A stretch of 62,095 nt of DNA from Tubiluchus corallicola (taxonomy: Eukaryota; Animalia; Priapulida): positions 1 to 62,095 of the forward strand of contig JAQGDQ010001112.1 of NCBI GenBank assembly GCA_030141605.1, in the 5' to 3' direction. Made by a program: the position numbers and the translations under genes. How positions within the stretch are numbered: position 1 is the stretch's first letter; every line of letters begins with the position of its first letter. This document shows positions 51,149 through 62,095 of the stretch, piece after piece. The notes below the pieces were generated by a model. The model was given only the letters and a program-made list of their open reading frames with translations, searched no databases and was not told the DNA's origin.

Positions 51149-54100
51149 CACTCACTTACTTAAAAAATAACCTAAAATCCTTCACACATCTGTATATGAC
51201 ATTCATTAGTGCATAAAACACTGTAAAGCCCGTGTCACACAGAGAAAGGCTCAAGCAATAATGCATAATCCGTAAGCCATAAGGCGTCTTTAATCTTCCG
51301 TAAGGCGCTGTCGTACGCCGCGTTAGGGTCCTTCCTCTGTGTAACTAGCAAGGCGTATTGTCCTAATCAGTTTGCAGGGGGAGCACGAATCAGTTTTCTG
51401 GATCATTCAAAACGTCGGAAGTGAGTCATCTACTGAATCCGGTTGCATTATGGTTCGTAATGCAGCGTATTAAAAGAACAAAAGCGCAAACTAATTAAGC
51501 GTATTAAATAAGACAAATGCGTCATGTGCAAAACTAACACTACGTACTTAGTAACATTAAAATAAAACCGAACCCCATCTTAAACTGCAAGTGAAAACAA
51601 TCTACTCTTTAAAGTATTGAAAGGAGACGTTCAGTTTTTTCAAAAATGACTTACGTGAACGAATTATTACCACACAAACACACAATTTCACTAGTTCTTC
51701 GCTGTTACTTGCATTTCGCCATTCACTAGTTAGACGGGCACTAGCGCCTGCATTTCGGAAACGCACTGCAGAAACAACAGGTACTGTACATCTCATTTCA
51801 AATGTGTTAGTTTGTGACGAACTACATACGTTCGACAGTTTATACGTGAGCACAGTGGTAAATTTTGAATTTTCATCTTAAAACTTGCCTAGTTTTAGTA
51901 CAACACATTGAATATCTTACAGTAACACTGTACTTCAATTTTCACTTTCACAAACACGTGCAACACGCTCGTGGAATACTTTTGCTGTTATGTTAGTTTG
52001 TGATGTCATCAATAGTTGGGTTCGCCCGCGGTTAATTAAGTTTTTGATTTATTATTGAAATTAACTATCAAAACGCTTTTCCAATATAATTGGTTTTAAA
52101 ATGTATCCCTTTTTATCGGACTTGAAAATGGGATAGTATATGAAAAATCATCCTGTCTTCCTGTAACATTTACTACATACAGACACTAAACAAATCATTT
52201 TATATTTACATTACATACATTTATCACACGTACATTTTTACATACATTACGCAACAGAATTATGTTTGAGTTGTCGATCAAGTAAAAAATAAAAAAATTA
52301 ATTTTCACGGTTATGGACGGGAATAAAAGTAGTCACTTTGGATGATATTATCGTGTTGGTAGTTCGGGTATTGAAGATCTTTTAATTTTATTTTAAAGTT
52401 AGAAAAGGTTGTTGTGTCTCGACAGAATATTCCATAATAAAACGGCTTGTTTGGATAAAGAATCATTTCCATGTTTATCGTTAGTTCTAGTTTGCACCAG
52501 ACTGACTTGAGTTGGCAAAATAAGTGAGCTGTTACTCAAACGGGGTGTCAAAAATTCAATACTTTGTCTTACAACATTACTCACTGAACAGTTTACTTGC
52601 AAAATTTATTCAGCCAAACAGCTAAATAGACTAAATAGAATAATTTAATATATTCATTCTGAGGATAATCATTTTAGTAATTCGTGCATTCCATATGTTA
52701 ACATACATATATACATATATACTTTTTTTACAATGAAAGATAGATTGATTTGTCATATATATATATATATATATTACATTTCGGAAACGTACGGCAGAAA
52801 GAACAGGTACTGTACATCTCATTTCAAATGTGTTAGTTTGTGACGAACTACATACGTTCGACAGTTTATACGTGAGCACAGTGGTAAATTTTGAATTTTC
52901 ATCTTAAAACATGCCTAGTTTTAGTACAACACACTGAATATCTCACAGTAGCATTGTACTTCAATTTTCACTTTCGCAAACACGTGCAACACGCTCGTGG
53001 AATATTTTTGCTGTTGAAAATTATGTTAGTTTGTGATGTCATCAATAGTTGGGCTCGCTCGCCGTTAACTAAGTTTTTGATCTATATATATATATATATA
53101 TGACATATCAATCTATCTTTCATTGTAAAAAAGCAAATTACGAAGAGGTTTCCACAGTTTTAATTATTAGTACCATAAATTGTGTGCGGAACAAAAAAAG
53201 AAAGAAATTATCTACACTTAATACACTTAGTAACTCCCACAGATGTTTCGTTTTTCGTGAAACTTTTAGTATAAAAAGTAGCCAGTTTGACGTTACTGAT
53301 AGAGATGGTAGATTTTCAGTAATTATTCTGCTACGCGCCGCAGCTGCCCGGCTTATTGACATTCTAAGCATCAAGCCGTTCCAATGTGGAGCTCATATTA
53401 GACATTGAGAGCCATTGAAACGTTCAGGAATAGAGGAATTTTGCGCGAAGATGCTGCTGAAGACTTTATTAAACGCCCAAGCGATGGCAAAATCGGACTG
53501 ATCCATTTTTAAACAGTAGGGGGATGTGACGTATAGTTACCCCCTGGTGTGATATTAACCTTCAAATGCTACCCAATGTCAAGCAAGTGTCGGAAACTAA
53601 TTCACGAATAAAGCAAATTAATATTTGCTCTGTATAAATAACTGTACAAAGTACTTAAAGAAAGAGTTCATAATTATTTATGTAGTTTATTGTGCAAGTA
53701 CGTATATAGGAAACTTGTCTTATCGCATCATTAACAGTGTAACTGTTTAATGAATAGACCTGGTATAAAGTCCGAGACAGGAAATAACTCGTTGAGAAAG
53801 ACGCGACGGTCGTGAAAGTTGACCGAGCAGCTCTTTCCCCACTTTAAGAGGCAAAACTATCTCTAAACTTAATATGTACTAACTGTAGTTAAAGGGAAGT
53901 TAGGTTTCCCCACGTTTAAGTATGTACTAACTGTAGTTAAAGGGAAGTTAGTTTTTCCCCACGTTAAGAGTTTAAACTTAATATGTACTAACTGTAGTTA
54001 AAGGGAAGTTAGTTTTTCCCCACGTTTAGGCAAAGCTATCAGTATGTACTAACTGTAGTTAAAGGGAAGTTAGTTTTCCCCCACGTTTAAATATGTACAA

Positions 54101-54930
54101 ACTGTAGTTAAAGGGAAGTTAGTTTTCCCCACGTTAAGAGTCAAAACTATCTCTAAACTTAATATGTACTAACTGTAGTTAAAAGGAAGTAAAGTTTTCC
54201 CCACGTTAAGAGGCAAAGCTATCTCTAAACTTAATATGTACTAACTGTAGTTAAAAGGAAGTAAAGTTTTCCCCACGTTAAGAGGCAAAACTATCTCTAA
54301 ACTTAATATGTACTAACTGTAGTTAAAGGAAAGTTAGTTTTCCCCACGTTTAGAGGCAAAGCTATCTATAAACTTAATATGTACTAACTGTAGTTAAAGG
54401 GAAGCAAAGAAATACTCACACGTACGCACACCCGCACCCGCACCCGCACACGCACGCACGCACACACACGCACACACACGTACGCACACCCGCGCACGCA
54501 CACGCACGTACGCACGCACACACGCGCGCACGCACGCACACACACTACGCGCGGGCACGCACGTAAACGAATCGTATGTTGCATATCTTTCGTGCTGCTT
54601 CAAAAGCAAGTATAACCTATCAAGCAACTGTTAATAACGTACGATTGTGCGCGCGCGCAGACCATGTAAAAGAACTGAAAACGTACTTGCGTCAAACTAC
54701 CCTGAGGAAGCAGGCGAGAAAGCTAGCCAAAACCTGATTATTTGTCAAGCTCACTACTCCCGAGACAATAAATACAATCTTAAATACTACCGGTACAAAA
54801 CTGCAAGGTGTGAAAAACAAAAGCCGTTTTCATACTCACATGTTTGTATTTGCCGCAGCCGTTAACCATTCTCCGGCAAGACTGACTATATCTATGCCAC
54901 TAGAAAGTTGATTAAAGAAACGAGGATGCG
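30637..54930 (-). CDS. GAD: Glutamate decarboxylase (GAD1/GAD2-like, PLP-dependent group II decarboxylase); 12 exons visible, 5'-partial, 3'-complete
   Basis: Exons 54840-54930, 49676-49782, 46686-46801, 45817-45896, 43805-43976, 42989-43053, 40469-40547, 39862-40011, 39075-39124, 37839-37893, 33406-33495, 30637-30810. All are GT-AG, total 1229 nt, in frame to TAA. Motifs: [108 protein letters not shown]. Confidence 0.95.
30815..30992. repeat. (CATGAAA/CATAAAA)n heptamer tract abutting the last GAD acceptor
   Basis: Seen directly; unique to the spacer. Confidence 0.95.
31169..31686. repeat. 74-bp tandem repeat, 7 units
   Basis: AACATTTACAGTAAGAATAGACTATAACTAC...TTAGACATTAGT starting at 31169, 31243, 31317 and onward; unique to the spacer. 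Confidence 0.96.
34933..37807. repeat. Mirror of the 47-bp satellite
   Basis: Reverse complement of 24391-27265. Confidence 0.98.
38234..38774 (+). mobile_element. Mirror of 5S-derived SINE copy 2
   Basis: Inverted-arm copy of 23424-23964. Confidence 0.92.
45154..45767 (+). mobile_element. Mirror of 5S-derived SINE copy 1
   Basis: Inverted-arm copy of 16431-17044; 5S head 45154-45273. Confidence 0.9.
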
Positions 54931-56969
54931 CTGTAAAAAAACACAAAATCAGTTTAAGAAAAGGTAAAGGTGCAAAATACATTTTGAATTCACACTCGGT
55001 GCCGCAGTATCGTTGACTAGCAAAGGCCACGCAAAAAATTTTGCGTATAATTACACTTATCATCAATAATACGCGAACATCCTACACAGTCCTCACTTAT
55101 AACGCCAGTAGCAGCTTTTACTGAATTAAAGCTATAGGCAGAGTATAATGGATGACGTCACAACAATGGCTTTGCGTCAGCAGTTTTCCAAGCAAAAATT
55201 CCCGAAAATAGAACTTATAATTAACTCGTCGATACTCCTCTTGGTGGACCTGTCCTAAAATATAGCCCACATCATCGTGTAGCCCTGTCATTCCTCTTTC
55301 TAAGGAGCCGTATATCTCCTTCCAAGAGTCCCAAACGTAGTAACTCTGGGCAGCCATTGTCCTCACATCCTACGAGCAGCCATTGTTCTCACAATTAAAA
55401 GAATATCAATATAACAGGTTTCAACTTCCACATTGTGCATCTGATACTAATTACACAGACTCAACTTTCATCTACCCCTGCCACTGACTCCATATTGTAA
55501 AAAATTTTGTAATGTAATACGTGTTATGTCAGTTTTTAATGTCAAATGTATAAATAGTGTAGATGTAATGAGTGAAATTTATGTAATGTAAAGCATGTTT
55601 CTGTTAATTGTGTCATGTCAAATGTATAGATAGCGTAAAATATGTTATGTAAAATTTAATGTACTTTTGTAATATCGTTTTATAAAAATATTTTAATATT
55701 GTGTTTGTAAATATGTTCATTTATTGTATATAATTAGGCCTTAGTTTTGCACTTTAAATTTTTTTTAGTCTGCACTGGACGCATTTGTCTTGAACAGTGG
55801 TGTTATCTTAACATTACGCTGAGGCTTACTCAATTTTATTATAATGAGTGAACCATTTTAATGACAAATAAAGAATTAATATAATATAAAAAAATCTGTG
55901 AATTCACGTCTAGAAGGAACATTCCCGAAAGTCTGGAAAGGCGCAACGTTTTAAAGAAATGATAGGAAAACGTGGAAAGTTTGCGAAACAAAAATGCTAT
56001 TATATATATATATATATATAATCTTTATTTGTCATAAAAATCGATATTCATAACTATAAAAGCATAAAAGAACATCGCAGAATGAGAATAAAATTCACAC
56101 AACTGTTAAAGGCAAATGCGTCCAGTGCGAACTAAAAACTACTGTGCCAAAAATTTAAAACAAAATATACATTATAATATTACACGAAAATTATAATAGA
56201 CTATATATAATATATAGATATAATTTAAAATGGACGTGGGTAAATAAAATTTGTGGATGAATATATATTATCGTTTACGTATGTTGGGTTTTCAAAACGA
56301 TTTAATGTATGTATTTTTAATTTTGATTTGAATTCGTCGAAAGACTTGATTTGTTTTAAATTTAAAGTTATTAACCCTGCAGTAATGAATGATTCATTAG
56401 CAAGATTATCTAGCCTACTGAAACAAGTCCTGATTCTAACTCTGACGACACTCAGTGAATTAAAGGAAACTACCTGCATCTCAGACAGTCCACTAATGAC
56501 ACGTGATTACTTGATAAAGTATGGATAAATTAGTACAGCATTACTAAACACGATAACAAATTAAAATTTCGATGGTGAATATAACTTTCAAAGACAGGTT
56601 ATTCAGTTAATCATGACTGAATTGAATTGAATTAAATTGAAATTTATTATTTTCTCCCATTTACAAATGTACAGAAAGCACTTGCAGTCTGTAAGGGTGC
56701 AATAGTTGAATATTATACCGGAAAATGGGGCCTAATTGTTAGTAATGAGTGAAAAGGACAGAGGATAGTGAACTGACCAAAAGGTCAGCAACTCAGCCCT
56801 CCTTTTAATATGCTAATATAGTAAATGATCACAGATAGCATTAGTGAGTAATGAGGTACAGACAATAAATTAATTCAATCAGCTTTATTTCCTAAGTTTC
56901 TAAATAAAAACTGAGGTAATTAACACAACTTTATGGATATACACATCATGTCTATCATGTATCACATCA

Positions 56970-57168
<199 letters not shown>

Positions 57169-57205
57169 GTCTCTCTCTCACACACACACACTCTCTCTCT
57201 CCTCG

Positions 57206-57236
<31 letters not shown>

Positions 57237-60200
57237 TTGTATATATTTGCAGTTAAGTTGAGCAAATAAATGTTTGATTTAAAATTATTTTAATTTATTA
57301 TGTTACAGTGACAGAAAAAAGTGGCTAGTTCAAAAAATGACTAAGGTGGCTAATTCGGTTAATGGTTCACAGAATCATTGTAAGGTCCATTTCACAGTGA
57401 GGAAGCAAGGAAAAATGACGCACGGAGAATTCCGAGAATTTCCGATTTTTCTCGAAGTTCCATACAGCAAGAAATATCATTTCACAGTGAAACCTCGCGT
57501 TCAGTTTGCTGCAGTTACTTTGCGAGTTTTATACTGTATAATCATGTCTGAATTAAGTTATACTTGCTGTATTTCTCATACACAAAGTACAATTAATAAC
57601 GTTAGTCAATGTATATGTCAGACATGTTTGTTTTTTAGTAAAGTTCTACTAACTACTTCAAAGTCAGAAAATACACATACATAAAATAAATATATGCCTT
57701 CGTTGCTTTTTCACGAATGTATAGCCACCGATGTTGCATTAATAAAACATGAAATTAAATCTGAGACTTTTATGCTGAAATGTGTTAAATATTGTTCGTT
57801 AAATAAGAAAGAAGTAATTGAGTAGTTAAATTTAAGATTGAATTTCTCGAGGATTCCTGAAGCATGTAGTATTTCTACCATGCAGCAAAATTCCTCACGA
57901 GGAGGACGCATTGCTTCTAGCTGGCGGCAGAATTGCTCACGAAGAATTGCACGGGGGATTTTGACGCGGGTCCTCACTGTGAAATAGGCCTAAGGTGGCT
58001 GCCTGGTAACAATAAAATATCGTTGGGAAAGCACTTACAAAGAATATTAACTCGACCCGTTATAAACATTACATGAGCTTTCTCGTTTCAGTGTAGAATT
58101 CGTTGCTAAGATACTTAAACTTTTTCACTTTCAATGTCTTCGTTTTTAATTTTTTAAAGATGTTAAAAAATGTTTAGGTCTCTAGATTTAAAAAGTTTTT
58201 TGTCGCAAGTTTTCATCTCTCTCTGACCTCAAACTTGCAAGTGTGAACTGCTTTGCTAGTTACTGTCTAGTGTGAACGCTTTGGCGAGTTACTGTCGACA
58301 AATTATTGCAAACTCTTCGACAGTTGCTGGGAGTAGTGTTTTCTGCGAGTTACTGTCTAGTGTGAACGCTTTGGCGAGTTACTGTCTAGTGGGAACTGCT
58401 TTGCTAGTTACTGTCTAGTGCGAACGCTTTGGCGAGTTACTGCCGACAAATTATTGCAAACTCTTCGACAGTTGCTGGGAGTAGTGTTTTCTGCGAGTTA
58501 CTGTCTAGTGTGAACGCTTTGGCGAGTTACTGTCTAGTGGGAACTGCTTTGCTAGTTACTGTCTAGTGCGAACGCTTTGGCGAGTTACTGCCGACAAATT
58601 ATTGCAAACTCTTCGACAGTTGCTGGGAGTAGTGTTTTCTGCGAGTTACTGTCTAGTGTGAACGCTTTGGCGAGTTACTGTCTAGTGGGAACTGCTTTGC
58701 TAGTTACTGTCTAGTGTGAACGCTTTGGCGAGTTACTCTGTACACGCGATACTTCTTTCGGTAAATAAAGAAAAAAGTGTCAGCTCGCACTTAGAGTAAC
58801 TCTTAGCAAATTCTGCTCTCTAGCCTGAACATGCTTCTGAGTTACTTGCAAGTGTGAACTGCTTTGCGAGTTACTGTGTTGTGTGAACGCTTTGGCGAGT
58901 TACTCTGTACACGCGATACTTCTCTCGGTAAATAAAGAAAAAAGTGTCAGCTCGCGCTTACAGTAACTCGTAGCAAATTCTGCTCTCTAGTCTGAACATG
59001 CATCCGAGTTACTGTCTAGTGTGAAGTGCTTAGCGAGTTGCTCTCTAGTCTGAACATGCTTCCGAGTTACTGTCTAGTGTGAACGCTTTGGCGAGTTACT
59101 CTGTACACGCAATACTTCTCTCGGTAAATAAAGAAAAAAGTGTCAGCTCGCGCTTACAGTATCTCTTAGCAAATTCTGCTCTCTAGTCTGAACATGCATC
59201 CGAGTTACTTGCAAGTGTGAACTGCTTTGCGAGTTACTCTCAAGACTGAACATGCTTCCGAGTTACTTGGCGGCTTAACATGGCGAGAAATCTCGCTAGT
59301 AAGAGCAAAATTGACCATGAGTTTGTTTATCAACACTTACAGACTATATCGTTAAATTAATGTATCAACTCAGACCTATAACAAATGAAGCTTACTATCG
59401 TTAATATAGCACGTATATAATGCAGCGAATGTACTAAGCCAAAGTAGAACTAGAAGCCAAAGTAGAACTAGAAGCCAAAGTTGGACTAACTAAAGTCAAT
59501 AAGCACACATTCCTCTTGGAATACATACATGGTGCCATCAAACGGCACACGGTTTGATTAAATTCTAACTTGATTTTCAATATTGGCTGACACTCAACAA
59601 ATATTTGAGTAGCACTCAATTTAAATACAAGTGTGTAGCATACGCGGCTAAACTGATCATTTGGGAATTATAATAGTCACTAAACGCGTGCAAGTCTTTC
59701 ATGTCATAACGATTCGCTAGAAGATACAGTAAAGGAAGAAAATACGCAAAAACGGAAAAAGAAGGAGAGTAAAAGACGATGATAAATATGATGATGATGA
59801 TGATGATGATGTTGATGATGATGATGGTGGTGGTGGTGGTGGTGGTGATGATGATGATGGTGATGATGATGATCATGATGATCATGATGATCATGATGAC
59901 GATAATGATGATGATGATGATAATGATGATGATGATGATGATGATGATGATGGTGATGGTGGTGATGGTGATGGTGATGTCGATGGTGATGATGACGACG
60001 ACGACAAGACGACTATGATGATGATTATGATAATGATGATGGTGATGGCGATTGTGTTGCTGTTGATGATGATGATGATGATTATGATGATGATGATGAC
60101 GACGACGATGGTGATATGATGATGATGATGATAATGATGATGGCGATGGCGATTGTGTTGTTGATGATGGTGATGATGGTGATGGCAATTGTGTTGTTGA

Positions 60201-60833
60201 TAATGATGATGACGACGACGACGATAATGGTGATGATGACGATGATGATAAGTGTAAAAATGATAGTAAAAGCAAAAAAACAGGAGAAATGAAAATAGTA
60301 AGGATAGAATAATAAGGATTTTTTGGATTCTAACGAAAACAAAGATAAGAAAAATGTTAATTAAAAAGCGTTCAGCAGACAATATTCAAGTAAAGAGGAG
60401 ATCACACTGTTCATCAAACTTGCACATTGCTTAGACTGTAAAAGTAATTTTAAAACTACCAAATAAGAACAATAATTACTGCGTTCTATCTCGTAAGAGA
60501 TAATTCTTAATGTGTTAATCCACAACTTATTTATGAACCCACAGAATCTATTACAAGCTGCAATTTTTTCATTCACAATCTTTGTAATTAAAAGTTTTTC
60601 GACGAATTGTATAAATTCACGAAAAACTCAAAAAGTAGACGCGCTTGCTATTATAAATCATCTATATTCATCATAAACTGGAATTCAGTTTGAGTTTGTT
60701 GATAAGTAACACGTGATTTTTCAGGATTCGGCTGGGATACGAATCTCATTATGTAAATTAGCTTGCGGAAGTGATATCAGCCGACGAAATAAGCATCGTA
60801 ATGAAATGAAACGCCGTTCAGTCGAGATAAGAT

Positions 60834-60906
<73 letters not shown>

Positions 60907-60979
60907 GTCTCTGTCTCTGTCTCTGTCTCTGTCTCTGTCTCTGTCTCTGTCTCTGTCTCTGTCTCTGTCTCTCTCTCTG

Positions 60980-61050
<71 letters not shown>

Positions 61051-61105
61051 GTCTCTGTCTCTGTCTCTCTCTCTGTCTCTGTCTCTGTCTCTGTCTCTGT
61101 CTCTG

Positions 61106-61158
<53 letters not shown>

Positions 61159-61279
61159 GTCTCTGTCTCTGTCTCTGTCTCTGTCTCTGTCTCTGTCTCT
61201 GTCTCTGTCTCTGTCTCTGTCTCTGTCTCTGTCTCTGTCTCTGTCTCTGTCTCTGTCTCTGTCTCTGTCTCTGTCTCTG

Positions 61280-61316
<37 letters not shown>

Positions 61317-61341
61317 GTCTCTCTCTCTCTCTCTGTCTCTC

Positions 61342-61516
<175 letters not shown>

Positions 61517-62095
61517 AATTACGACTCAAAAATTATTCAAAATAAATTCGGTTATTTGATGACAAAAAATTTCATTCGTTTAAATTTAATTTTCGACTAT
61601 CTATTAAATAATTCGCCGGCATTGAGCCACAAAAATACATTAACAATTTCACGCTTTCATTTTGTCTAAAACCGAATATTTTTCTATAGGCAGTGTTCCA
61701 TTTTACCCTAATGGCATTAACTTCACTGTTTGATATTATGACTCATTTTTTTATTTTGATACCAAGAAAGCAGGTCATAACCCAACACTTCACTACGATC
61801 AATGTACGATGAGAATTACAATAGAACTAAGAAACTAAAGAAGCCAGACTAGGAAACTAAGGAAGCCAGATTAAATATCACAGTTGCCCACAATCAATGC
61901 ATGTTGTAACAGATCCCCAAACCCATTCAAGCTGATAGATTTCCTCTCAGCTGCGAAAGAGTGTAACAAAATTAACTAGGAAGCGTTTAACAGCATTTTC
62001 AAAGACAGGCCATATTGCTGAGGCGGATCAATCGAAGGTCCATTTAATGATTTAGTCTCGTGCACAAAGAATACAGTGACACATTTAACAGCAGC

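Noticed and set aside
30637-54930. Assignment as CSAD/GADL1 or aromatic amino acid decarboxylase
   Set aside because: [18 protein letters not shown] and PGGAISNMY match GAD better; a phylogeny would be decisive.

Overview
Repeat-rich metazoan (probably invertebrate) genomic DNA, not prokaryotic. The whole window is one ~62-kb inverted repeat: 1-30046 is the reverse complement of 32150-62095 (base 1 pairs with base 62095), around a 2103-bp unique spacer (30047-32149). Each arm carries 11 GT-AG exons of a PLP-dependent glutamate decarboxylase (GAD, group II decarboxylase). The terminal coding exon occurs only once, in the spacer on the minus strand (30637-30810). The minus copy is therefore 3'-complete (12 exons, ~408 aa visible, N-terminal exons not found in the window), and the convergent plus copy is 3'-truncated. 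Introns contain 5S-rRNA-headed SINEs with an RTE-like body and tail, a tRNA-like/5S composite relic, Harbinger-, piggyBac- and hAT-like MITEs, non-LTR retrotransposon 3' ends, and many micro- and minisatellites. Most ORFs in the supplied track are simple-repeat translations. Sequence alone cannot tell whether the palindrome is biological or a fold-back/assembly artefact.
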